A DNA stretch of 64,000 bases from an uncultured bacterium (GTDB taxonomy: Bacteria; Fidelibacterota; Marinisomatia; SCGC-AAA003-L08; GCA-002704045). The translations under genes were made by a program, and so were the position numbers. Position 1 is the stretch's first letter. Each line of letters opens with the position of its first letter. The notes beneath the pieces are model-generated. The model was given only the letters and a program-made list of their open reading frames with translations, searched no databases and was not told the DNA's origin. The stretch lies in NCBI GenBank assembly GCA_964345035.1, contig CAYFPO010000002.1, forward strand, positions 96,684 through 160,683, read 5' to 3'. Of this stretch, positions 9,878 to 18,289 are shown piece after piece.

Positions 9878-9996
9878 TTGACCAATTTTATAAACACTGA
9901 CGACAAAATTGTTCAGTGGCCGGAAAGAATTTCGGATAAGGAATTTGTTATTAAGTGGCTATCAACTAATTTTGTATTTGATAAAAAATATCATCA
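9878..9996 (+). pseudogene. possible N-terminal remnant of a DUF2087-like protein that reads straight into the tandem repeat
   Basis: From a TTG start, the translation LTNFINTDDKIVQWPERISDKEFVIKWLSTNFVFDKKY resembles, from memory, the first half of DUF2087 proteins (..l..WP.k.k.k..vL.yla..F.....Y). The remainder of the 186-aa ORF is repeat-derived and periodic. Confidence 0.25.
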
Positions 9997-10460
9997 ATCG
10001 ATACGGTCACGGCATGCCATGACGCTACAAAGAACCCATTCAACCCATGGAGATGGCCACCGGCTCGTCTCTACACATACAGATTTTATGTGTTGGGGTT
10101 TGATGAATCAAACCTCTACCGATACCAGGAGGCACAACGCATTGTTTCTCACCAAAAAAACCATTCAACAGGTATGGTCACGGCATGCCATGACGCTACA
10201 AAGGACCAATTCAACCCATGGAGACGAACCGCCGGCTCGTCTCTACACACACAGATTTTATGTGTTGGGGTTTGATGAATCAAACCTCTACCGATACCAG
10301 GAGGCACAACGCATTGTTTCTCACCAAAAAAACCATTCAACAGGTATGGTCACGGCATGCCGTGACGCTACAAAGGACCAATTCAACCCATGGAGATGGC
10401 CGCCGGCTCGTCTCTACACATACAGGTTTTATGTGTAGGGGTTTGATTCATCAAACCAAT
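9985..10460. repeat. tandem repeat, about 2.7 copies of a 171-172-nt unit composed of hairpins
   Basis: The landmark GGTCACGGCATGCC occurs at 10005, 10176 and 10348. The units are near-identical, and a degenerate partial copy extends upstream to about 9985. Confidence 0.9.
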
Positions 10461-10517
10461 CAATTGATTCATCAAACCACAACGAAGATTTCAATTAACA
10501 CAACTCAACCACCGGCC

Positions 10518-10554
10518 CCCGCCTGCCAACAAAAAACAGCGATGGCGGGCAGGC
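10518..10554. other. GC-rich hairpin with two mutually exclusive registers
   Basis: CCCGCC (10518-10523) can pair with GGCGGG (10544-10549). Alternatively, GCCTGCC (10521-10527) can pair with GGCAGGC (10548-10554). Both pairings leave a 20-nt A-rich loop. Confidence 0.5.
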
Positions 10555-10564
10555 AAATGCAGAG

Positions 10565-10765
10565 AGAAGAGAACATTGTCAGAATCAAGATACCCAGGAT
10601 TAAAGGATGAGCAGGATGAGTAAAATAAAAATGTATCCAGTAAATCTTGTAATCATGCAAATCCAGATTCAGACAAAAGAAGGTATGAACAAATACAGAC
10701 AGTACAGGAAAAGATTTTTTATGGAGTCCGCCAACCGTGTTGGTAGAAGAGAACATTGTCAGAAT
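10565..10765. repeat. pair of perfect 21-nt direct repeats (AGAAGAGAACATTGTCAGAAT) exactly 180 nt apart
   Basis: The copies lie at 10565-10585 and 10745-10765, and the flanks are related (CAAGATACCCAGGA versus TAGGACCCATCC). Confidence 0.85.
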
Positions 10766-10778
10766 TAGGACCCATCCT

Positions 10779-10795
10779 GTCCGCCGAAGGCGGGC
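10779..10795 (+). promoter_or_regulatory. GC-rich stem-loop (GTCCGCC-GAA-GGCGGGC) 23 nt upstream of the lipoprotein start codon
   Basis: The 7-bp stem (one G-U pair on the + strand) with a GAA triloop is read directly from the sequence. It is followed by the palindrome CCTGCAGG and GGGAG. Its function is unknown. Confidence 0.4.
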
Positions 10796-10817
10796 CTGCA
10801 GGGAGTTAATTATAACT

Positions 10818-12152
10818 ATGAGTTACCTCTCATTAATTACATCACGTCAACAGCGTTTACTCATTTTGTTCATTATATGTATGTCCTGCTCATCCCCAAA
10901 ACCCCCTGATTGGATTTATACACAACCTGAGAATACTGATTATTGGTTTGGTTATGGAATAGTTGCAAAACCCTTTAGTGGAGACATACGGGAAGAGGCC
11001 AGGAATCGGGCCATTGAAGAAATTGCAGCTCAAATTTCGATTCAAATTTCCTCTCAAATGGAAAATCTCATTACCGAACATAACTATGACGTAAATGAAT
11101 TCACCCGATCTCTTACAGAAACACGTATTAATTCCAATCTGGAAAATATTGAAATATCTAAAACCTATAATGACAAAGAGGAATTTATTTTACTGGCAAA
11201 ACTATCCCGTCAGAAATATTATGAAACAGTTCAGAAACAACGGCGGAATGCAGTAGAAACTGCATTGGGATTGGTCCGGCAGGCAGATGAAAATTTCAAA
11301 GGTGCTACATTCACCCTGTTAGACCAGGCAATAAATGAAATTTCAAATTATATGGATGAGCCAATATTTGTAGAATATCCAGTTGGCAGTGGTTTGAGTG
11401 TGCAATTATATCCTCTCCTCAAACTGAAAATTTCTGAACTGTTAAATAGAATATCACTAAAAGTATCCCCAAATAGAGTGACTTCAGTTATCGGGATTCC
11501 AGATATTAACGTGATATCAGTGCAAGTCATTGATGTTGAAACTGGAAATCCAATTCCGGACATCCCATTAACCTGGAGCATGACATCCCCAACAGATTAT
11601 CTGATATATTCAGATGAACATGGTGAGGCTGGTTTTACCCTTCCGGTTATAGTGGATAAGACACCGGTTCAACCCTTTAATATCATTGTAAAAGTTGATA
11701 TGCTGATAAGTTCAGGCAGCTACAAAAATATACAAAGTTTTGCATTAATTCATGCCGCTTCACCGGTTATATCTATCCAAAGTTCAGAGAGAAATTTAGG
11801 TAATATTATGGACATTTCTGCTATCACAGAGGGGGTTAAACAGGTATTTCAGGAACTCTATGGTGCAGAATTCACAACGGATTTAGGGGGTGATATAATA
11901 CTCAATATAAATGCAAATACACAGAAAAGATCAAATTCCGTGAATGAATATGGATTATTTGTTACTTATGGAAATGTGAACATCAGCATTTCTACACAGA
12001 GCGGGAATGAGATTTTTTCCACAACACTTACCGGAGAGATGGGAAGATCATTTTCCAATCATGAGGATTCCGGGTTAGATGCTATCCAAAATATGAAAGA
12101 AAAAATTCTTAGTCAACTCAAACCGGAATTAGAAAAAGTATTTAGTCGTTAA
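10818..12152 (+). CDS. LPP20-like lipoprotein (hypothetical)
   Basis: I moved the start to ATG 10818 (MSYLSLITSRQQRLLILFIICMSCSS, a signal/lipobox-like sequence). The N-terminal region DWIY...GYGIV...AR.RAIEEIAAQISIQISS resembles the LPP20 family. Confidence 0.55.
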   Translation: MSYLSLITSRQQRLLILFIICMSCSSPKPPDWIYTQPENTDYWFGYGIVAKPFSGDIREEARNRAIEEIAAQISIQISSQMENLITEHNYDVNEFTRSLTETRINSNLENIEISKTYNDKEEFILLAKLSRQKYYETVQKQRRNAVETALGLVRQADENFKGATFTLLDQAINEISNYMDEPIFVEYPVGSGLSVQLYPLLKLKISELLNRISLKVSPNRVTSVIGIPDINVISVQVIDVETGNPIPDIPLTWSMTSPTDYLIYSDEHGEAGFTLPVIVDKTPVQPFNIIVKVDMLISSGSYKNIQSFALIHAASPVISIQSSERNLGNIMDISAITEGVKQVFQELYGAEFTTDLGGDIILNINANTQKRSNSVNEYGLFVTYGNVNISISTQSGNEIFSTTLTGEMGRSFSNHEDSGLDAIQNMKEKILSQLKPELEKVFSR

Positions 12153-13897
12153 ATATCAGTGCTCCGTACTGTCTTAATTACAAATATTACCCCTTCAACA
12201 ATCATCCAGCAGATCAATGCCAGTAATACGAGAGTTAATCCGACTAACAGAAAATTTCCCTGATTCAGGAAGTCTACAGTGTTAATCAGGAGTGATACAA
12301 TGGTGACTGTCATAACAAAAACCATTGGGCTCACCAACGGAAATACCAGCCGTTTCTTTTTCCAGAAATACATGGTAATTACCATTAAAGTCAGGCCTGC
12401 GAGCATTTGATTGGATGCACCAAAAACAGGCCAGAGGACCCACCCTGCTTTTTTTAATATTCCTGTAACGGGATCAGGCACTGACCACAATGCCAGGGTA
12501 ATGGCAGGAATTACAGCTACAAAAGTAGCAATATATTTATTTGTAAGTGGTTTAATATTAACAGAATTACCAAGCTCAGTTAATATAAACCTTTGGATGC
12601 GGGTTGCCGTATCCAATGTGGTGGCAGCAAAACTTATTACCAATACCGCAATGAGTGTTTTAGCAATATTATGTGGGATTCCCAATTGTTCAATCAATGC
12701 ACCTCCACCCAGTACAAATGCTGTGGCTTTATTAGTCGCAGCATGAGCCCAAGTGTCATAATACACTGCCCAATTAAGATCAATTACAGAACCGACGGAC
12801 GGCAGATCACATTGAGCAACCAATGCGATTCCTGCTACTGCAGCTAACATTGATGCAAGCGCAAGCACACCTTCTCCCAGCATACCGCCATATCCAATGA
12901 ATCTTGAGTCGGAAAATTTGTCAACTTGTTTTGAAGTTGTACCTGATGCTACAAGACCATGGAAGCCGCTAATTGCACCGCATGCAATGGTAACAAACAA
13001 AAAAGGAAATATTGGCGGAGCACCTTGATCTGTGGTCAATCGGATAATTGGTGCATCTACAACCGGAGCTGCAATGAAAATTCCAATGAATAGTAATCCC
13101 AGCCCTATAATAAGCTGGTGACTGTTGATAAAGTCCCTTGGCTGAAGGAGAAACCACACCGGCAGAAGACTTGCAATCGCTGAATACATAAAAAGCAGCA
13201 AAATCCAGATGGTGTTGGAGTTTTCCGAAGGAAGTGATAAGGGAGTAAAGGATCCAATCCATACAAAGAAATAGAGAACTGCCAATGCCAGGATCGATGG
13301 AATTAATGCATCAATCCCTTTTTTATAGATAAGGTATCCCATACCAATTGCAATCATAATTTCAATATTAATGGGAAGAACTGCGGTTGGAACAGCAGTA
13401 AACAGACCAGCTATCGCCATTGCAAAAACAGCTAGAACCAGCCAGGTTAGCATCATAACAAATATAAGAAACATTACCCGTATTCGTGAATTAACCAATT
13501 TTCCGGAGATAACCGCGACTGACTGTCCTTTTTCTTTCAGGCTCATAACCAATGCTCCAAAATCGTGGACAGCACCAATAAAGACTGTCCCAAGCACCAC
13601 CCAAAGCATTGCAGGGAGCCAACCCCAATACGCTGCAATGCAGGGTCCAATAATTGGTGCAGCCCCAGCAATTGAAGTATAATGATGTCCGAAAAGGATA
13701 TGTTTTTTGGTGGGTATGAAATCCACATTATCCCGGAATTCATGAGCAGGTGTGGTGAACTCCTCATCCAGATGGTATATTCTACTGGAAATGAATTTCG
13801 AATAAAACCGGTATCCGAGATAAAATACAACCAATCCGATTATAGCCAGAAAAATTGAATTCATAGGGGAGAAAATTACTGAAAAAATTCTTATCAA
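12149..13897 (-). CDS. cstA: carbon starvation protein A (peptide/pyruvate transporter family)
   Basis: 582-aa polytopic membrane protein. The N-terminal block TPAHEF.DNVDFIPT..HILFGHHYTSIAGAAPIIGP..AAYWGWLPA is typical of CstA. Confidence 0.88.
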   Translation of the reverse strand: MIRIFSVIFSPMNSIFLAIIGLVVFYLGYRFYSKFISSRIYHLDEEFTTPAHEFRDNVDFIPTKKHILFGHHYTSIAGAAPIIGPCIAAYWGWLPAMLWVVLGTVFIGAVHDFGALVMSLKEKGQSVAVISGKLVNSRIRVMFLIFVMMLTWLVLAVFAMAIAGLFTAVPTAVLPINIEIMIAIGMGYLIYKKGIDALIPSILALAVLYFFVWIGSFTPLSLPSENSNTIWILLLFMYSAIASLLPVWFLLQPRDFINSHQLIIGLGLLFIGIFIAAPVVDAPIIRLTTDQGAPPIFPFLFVTIACGAISGFHGLVASGTTSKQVDKFSDSRFIGYGGMLGEGVLALASMLAAVAGIALVAQCDLPSVGSVIDLNWAVYYDTWAHAATNKATAFVLGGGALIEQLGIPHNIAKTLIAVLVISFAATTLDTATRIQRFILTELGNSVNIKPLTNKYIATFVAVIPAITLALWSVPDPVTGILKKAGWVLWPVFGASNQMLAGLTLMVITMYFWKKKRLVFPLVSPMVFVMTVTIVSLLINTVDFLNQGNFLLVGLTLVLLALICWMIVEGVIFVIKTVRSTDI

Positions 13898-14071
13898 ATG
13901 GTAAATTATTGATGAATATTTTTCAATATGGAAAACATCAATTTAGTTGTATTTTAAAAAATTTACATTATTTACACAAATCAGAAAATAAGATACACTT
14001 ATTTGTATTCTGTATAATTGCACATAAAATATGTCAGAATTTTCTGAATTCCGCGTTGTAAATTTCCACCT

Positions 14072-15178
14072 ATGGAAAGGTATAGATTTGTACAGCCTAC
14101 ATTGCATTTTATCAGAGATTTTGGCAGGGAAGAAAATTTGTATTATTCTTGGATAGACCAAAAAGGAAAAATCTTAAAAATGGGAAATTCCTGGATTAGG
14201 GTGATCCATCCGGGATATCTAAACAGGAGTTCCGGTCCTGATTTTAAACATGCCCAATTACAGATTGCAGGTCATAAAATAATTACCGGTGATATTGAAA
14301 TCCATTGGAACAGTGAAAACTGGGAGAAACATGGTCATACTGGAGACCCTGAATACACAGATGTAATTCTCCATGTTGCATATACGGGTAAAGAGTTGGA
14401 TGTGCATCTGAATGAAACTGACACTGTTCCTACAATTTTGTTATTCCATAATTCCGGTCAACAAATTGTCCAACCCTGTATTGATTTAATCCAAGCTGTA
14501 TCCACAGATACTATCATTTCATCTGTTAAATTATATTCAATGGACAGATACGCTGAGCTTCAGAATATATTAAATTTGAATGACGATTCAATCATTAACA
14601 CCCTTTTCAATTTATTGGACACCAGAGGAAATAGCCAGCAAATACAGAAAATTATCTATCGGTTTTTGGAATACAAATCAAAAGGATTACCTGTGATTTA
14701 TATTATCAATAGTCTGATCACTTTTAGTTCTGAACTACCCTGGAAAATGGGCAGGAAGCGTCCGCGAAGCCATCCAAAATTTCGTTTACCATATCTTACA
14801 TATTTAGCCAATCTCTGGTATGGTAATACAGAAAAATTCTATTTGTATACACCAGAACAAGCCAACGAGGATGTGAAAGCTCTATCCCAATTGGAATATT
14901 CAGTCCCCGGCAGACATTTTATATCTGAAATTTTTGGAAATGTAATTTTTCCTGCCCAGGAAAAATTCACAGGATCTTCAAAATTCAATAATTGGTTTGA
15001 ATTACCGGTACAATTATATAGTGTTACAAAAAAACGCCTGGCATGCTGGAATATAGATTGTAAGATTTCTTACGGTTTACAACAGGGAATCCTCAAATTA
15101 GAAAAAGAATTATGCCAATCCATGGGCTGCGATCTATGTCCAATTAATATTCATTCCACTAACCATTGTTTAGCATAA
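14072..15178 (+). CDS. DUF2851 family protein
   Basis: The block PGYLNRSSGPDFKHAQLQI...GDIEIHWNSENWEKHGH..DPEYTDVILHV matches the DUF2851 signature as I remember it. Confidence 0.6.
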   Translation: MERYRFVQPTLHFIRDFGREENLYYSWIDQKGKILKMGNSWIRVIHPGYLNRSSGPDFKHAQLQIAGHKIITGDIEIHWNSENWEKHGHTGDPEYTDVILHVAYTGKELDVHLNETDTVPTILLFHNSGQQIVQPCIDLIQAVSTDTIISSVKLYSMDRYAELQNILNLNDDSIINTLFNLLDTRGNSQQIQKIIYRFLEYKSKGLPVIYIINSLITFSSELPWKMGRKRPRSHPKFRLPYLTYLANLWYGNTEKFYLYTPEQANEDVKALSQLEYSVPGRHFISEIFGNVIFPAQEKFTGSSKFNNWFELPVQLYSVTKKRLACWNIDCKISYGLQQGILKLEKELCQSMGCDLCPINIHSTNHCLA

Positions 15179-15201
15179 ATACAGACTCTTAAATTTCTCA
15201 C

Positions 15202-16857
15202 TTGTTAGAAGGCAAAAAACTCCAATCACATATATTATTTCTGGCTTACCTGACAACTATGGCTGCCGGAGATTCATTGTCAGTTAAATCAACTGAGGAA
15301 GTTCAATCAGTGATCACCGATGTTCCGGAGACCTTGAATGAGTATTCCCTCGATTCATTGGATATTGATCTTGATGGAGAAATTTTTGAATCCAGAATGG
15401 AAGAGGCAAAATCCCTCCTTGCAGAAGCAATTATTTCGGATATGACTGGGGATACCATGAATGCGGCATATCAATTTGAACTGTTATTTGAATCCTTGGC
15501 AGGGATTGAAGTTCAGGGCAGTCTGGATGAATTCGATTATCTTGATTTCAATCGGTTGCTTACTGCATCCATCAATTATTATGAAAATGATGCAGAAACA
15601 GTTGATAAAATTGAAACGGGATTATCCGTAGCACTGTTAAGAGACAGGTTGAATAAATATGTATACAGCCAGACATTAGAGGACTTGGAATTTGTAGAGG
15701 AAAGTGTGGAGATCATTCCGGGACATATTCCCATCACCTATAACAGTAAGGTTGCAAGTATAATTAAATTTTTTCAGAATGACGGTAGATCCAGTGTTCA
15801 AAATTGGTTGAACAGAATGGACAAATATAAAGCAATCATGCTTCCCATTCTGGAGGAGGAAGGAGTTCCACCAGAATTATTTTATGTGGCAATGATTGAG
15901 AGTGGATTGAATCCTAAAGCCCTGTCCTATGCCTATGCATCCGGATATTGGCAGTTTATAGCTTCTACAGGAAAGATATACGGATTAAAGAAGAATTACT
16001 GGGTCGATGAAAGGCGGGACTTTGTAAAATCAACCCGTGCAGCCGCACGATATTTCAAGGATCTTAACAAATTTTTTGATGACTGGTATCTTGCCCTGGC
16101 TGCCTATAATTGTGGACAAGCGAGAGTGAACCGGACAATAAAACGTCAGGGAACCAGAGATTACTGGAAATTATCACGGTTACCTTCACAAACCAGAAAT
16201 TATGTACCCAATGTAATGGCTGCACTATTTATTGCAAATAATCCGGAAAAATATGGATTTACAATTCAACCTGATGCACCGCTGGTTTGGACTGAAAAGG
16301 AAATTAACAAATCAATACCACTTGATGAAATTTCTAAAATAATGGGTGTAAAAACATCCGTAATTCAGAAATACAATCCTGAGCTGAAGCAGAATGGCAT
16401 TCCACCTTTAAAGGAAAAGGAAAAATATACGATCAGACTCCCTTTACCGATTCCCGATTCATTTGACTCCTTATTTGCATTGATACCTGTTGATGACGGT
16501 GAAGAAATAGTATTAACTGACCACAAGGTGCATCGTGGAGAGAGTCTGTGGCTTATTGCAAGGAAGTATGGGGTAACTATTCAAGATATTGTTTCCCTGA
16601 ATAAACTCCATAATGCAAAATATATCCGACCGGGTCAGAAACTGAAGATACCTACAGATGGATACGCAGAGTATAAAAGGAAAACCATGGCAGAAGCTCA
16701 GTCCAAGAAAATTTACTATACTGTCAGGTATGGAGATACACTTAGCGGGATTGCACAAAAATATTATACTTCCGTAAGAAAGATTAAGAAATGGAATGGT
16801 TTGCGGGGAGATTTTATCCGCTCAGGGCAAAAATTGATAATTTGGATAAGAGCATGA
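15202..16857 (+). CDS. lytic murein transglycosylase (MltD-like) with two C-terminal LysM domains
   Basis: The SLT catalytic region is present (MIESGLNPKALSYAYASGYWQF), followed by two LysM repeats (HKVHRGESLWLIARKYGV..., YTVRYGDTLSGIAQKYYT...). The start is TTG. Confidence 0.85.
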   Translation: MLEGKKLQSHILFLAYLTTMAAGDSLSVKSTEEVQSVITDVPETLNEYSLDSLDIDLDGEIFESRMEEAKSLLAEAIISDMTGDTMNAAYQFELLFESLAGIEVQGSLDEFDYLDFNRLLTASINYYENDAETVDKIETGLSVALLRDRLNKYVYSQTLEDLEFVEESVEIIPGHIPITYNSKVASIIKFFQNDGRSSVQNWLNRMDKYKAIMLPILEEEGVPPELFYVAMIESGLNPKALSYAYASGYWQFIASTGKIYGLKKNYWVDERRDFVKSTRAAARYFKDLNKFFDDWYLALAAYNCGQARVNRTIKRQGTRDYWKLSRLPSQTRNYVPNVMAALFIANNPEKYGFTIQPDAPLVWTEKEINKSIPLDEISKIMGVKTSVIQKYNPELKQNGIPPLKEKEKYTIRLPLPIPDSFDSLFALIPVDDGEEIVLTDHKVHRGESLWLIARKYGVTIQDIVSLNKLHNAKYIRPGQKLKIPTDGYAEYKRKTMAEAQSKKIYYTVRYGDTLSGIAQKYYTSVRKIKKWNGLRGDFIRSGQKLIIWIRA

Positions 16858-17720
16858 GGAAGAAGCAGAAAAATACAAGATGGTGGGTATGGGTTTTAAT
16901 AGCACTGGGTGTGTTCATACTATCTTCAATTGTAACTGATTTAGATTCTTGGGAAACTGGTCCAAGAGTAGGTATCGTAGAAATTCATACACCCATCATA
17001 TCTTCCAGGGAAATAATTCGTGACCTCAACTATTTTTTCCATAATGACAATATAGAAGCCATTATCGTCCATCTGGATACACCGGGTGGGAGTGTTGCTT
17101 CGAGTCAGGAGATTTATTCAAAGGTGAAATCCATTTCGGACAGTGGTAAGCCCATATATGCATCTATGGGCAATGTGGCAGCATCGGGAGGATACTACAT
17201 AGCCCTGGGCGCAGATAGTATCATTGCAAATCCCGGTACTGCAACGGGTTCCATTGGTGTCATTATGGGATATCCAGTTTTTCATAACATGATGGATAAA
17301 TTTGGGATAAATTATACAACTGTAAAAAGCGGAAAATTTAAGGATTCAGGCTCATCTTTCAGAGAATCTTCTCAGGAAGACAGCACATATTTCCAGGAAT
17401 TAGTGAATAATTTATATGAGCAGTTTGTTCACGCAGTATCAGAGGAAAGACATATTTCTTATGAGATTGTCAAATCCCTTGCAGATGGAAGAGTGTATTC
17501 CGGAGAACAAGCTAAGCAAATTGGTCTCATCGATATGCTTGGGACACTGGAAGATGCAATTCATTTGGCAGGCCGTTCAACAGGGTCTCTTGACACGCCG
17601 GTAGCCGTTAAGCCGCCAGAACAGAAAAAGAATATTTGGGATATTGTTTTTGGAGGAATCAGCAGTAGGATTGGTAATAACTTGATTTATCCAAGACCTG
17701 AATATAGAATTATTTATTAA
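16854..17720 (+). CDS. sppA: signal peptide peptidase SppA (36K type)
   Basis: The protein has an N-terminal TM helix, LDTPGGSVASS and AASGGYYIA. Start ATG 16854 overlaps the upstream stop (ATGA). Confidence 0.85.
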   Translation: MRKKQKNTRWWVWVLIALGVFILSSIVTDLDSWETGPRVGIVEIHTPIISSREIIRDLNYFFHNDNIEAIIVHLDTPGGSVASSQEIYSKVKSISDSGKPIYASMGNVAASGGYYIALGADSIIANPGTATGSIGVIMGYPVFHNMMDKFGINYTTVKSGKFKDSGSSFRESSQEDSTYFQELVNNLYEQFVHAVSEERHISYEIVKSLADGRVYSGEQAKQIGLIDMLGTLEDAIHLAGRSTGSLDTPVAVKPPEQKKNIWDIVFGGISSRIGNNLIYPRPEYRIIY

Positions 17721-17742
17721 AAGTATTAAAAGGAGGTGTACA

Positions 17743-18030
17743 ATGACAAAAGCAGACATTGTGAATGAAGTATCATCAGTAACCGGACTAACTAAAGTCG
17801 AAACAGAAGCTGTTTTAGAAGGTGTCATAAAATCAGTAAGTGATGCATTGAAACGGTCAGATCGTGTGGATATAAGGGGTTTCGGCAGTTTTAAGGTGAA
17901 GAAAAGAAAAGCGAGGGATGCAAGGAATCCTGCCACACAGGAAATAGTTTCCCTGAAAGAAAGATTTGTGCCTGTATTTAAGGTTTCAAAACTGTTAAAA
18001 CAAGACGTAAATGAATCGTTAACTCGGTAA
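17743..18030 (+). CDS. HU/IHF-family DNA-binding protein
   Basis: The translation MTKADIV..VS..TGLTK...V..ALK....V.IRGFGSF.VKKR.AR.ARNP.T.E.V is typical of the family. A strong AGGAGG RBS lies upstream. Confidence 0.9.
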   Translation: MTKADIVNEVSSVTGLTKVETEAVLEGVIKSVSDALKRSDRVDIRGFGSFKVKKRKARDARNPATQEIVSLKERFVPVFKVSKLLKQDVNESLTR

Positions 18031-18043
18031 TATAGGAGATTGA

Positions 18044-18139
18044 ATGCCCTGCGGTAAAAAACGGAAAAAACGGAAAATGAACACGCATAAAAGAAAAAAA
18101 CGTTTGCGTGCGAATCGGCATAAGAAAAAAAATAAATAA
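18044..18139 (+). CDS. 31-aa highly basic peptide (MPCGKKRKKRKMNTHKRKKRLRANRHKKKNK), bS22 / mS38 (AURKAIP1/Cox24)-like small ribosomal protein candidate
   Basis: It is absent from the ORF track because it is too short. AGGAG sits 5 nt upstream of the ATG, and a terminator follows. The sequence pattern resembles small basic peptides annotated in Bacteroidota as AURKAIP1/COX24-domain proteins (from memory). Confidence 0.6.
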   Translation: MPCGKKRKKRKMNTHKRKKRLRANRHKKKNK

Positions 18140-18226
18140 TACATAAAAGATTATGTCGTTTTCATGTATTGACTGGGTAAACCAGTCTGAATATGAAATA
18201 GTATTCATATCCTTGTGATACTAATA

Positions 18227-18258
18227 AACCGCCATGCTTAGGTAACAGCATGGCGGTT
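18227..18258 (+). terminator. stem-loop, probable terminator of the HU / small-peptide unit
   Basis: AACCGCCATGCT-TAGGTAAC-AGCATGGCGGTT forms a perfect 12-bp stem. The T-tract after it is weak (GTGTCCTTCTTTG). Confidence 0.55.
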
Positions 18259-18289
18259 GTGTCCTTCTTTGAATTAATGTCAAAAGAAT

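Noticed and set aside
10085-10115. Hammerhead-ribozyme core (TGATGA) or fluoride-riboswitch-like ending (TGATGA...CCTCTAC) in each repeat unit
   Set aside because: The box reads TTGATGA rather than CUGAUGA. It is simply the loop side of the GGTTTGAT/ATCAAACC hairpin, and no correctly placed GAAA or cleavage-site helices are present. The fluoride-riboswitch P1/pseudoknot pairings (GGCG...CGCC, GAGGCC...GGCCUC) cannot be formed.
9985-10460. CRISPR array interpretation of the repeats
   Set aside because: The entire 171-nt unit is repeated with no unique spacers between short repeats. The period is far longer than CRISPR repeat-spacer units, and no cas genes are in the window.
9878-10610. ORFs 9878-10438 (186 aa), 10090-10275, 10149-10340 (minus strand) and 10218-10610 as protein-coding genes
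   Set aside because: All of them run through the 171-172-nt tandem repeat and simply reiterate the same peptide in several frames and on both strands. Their composition is unlike neighbouring genes. Only the first ~39 codons of 9878 look protein-like, and that segment is reported separately as a possible remnant.
12411-13830. Antisense and off-frame ORFs inside cstA (12411-12746, 12593-12847, 12969-13262, 13371-13682, 13543-13830); likewise the many 60-115-aa ORFs inside or opposite the giant adhesin, tkt, tnaA, serA and the acylase gene
   Set aside because: They are shadow ORFs overlapping strongly supported genes. They have low-complexity or odd composition and no motifs.
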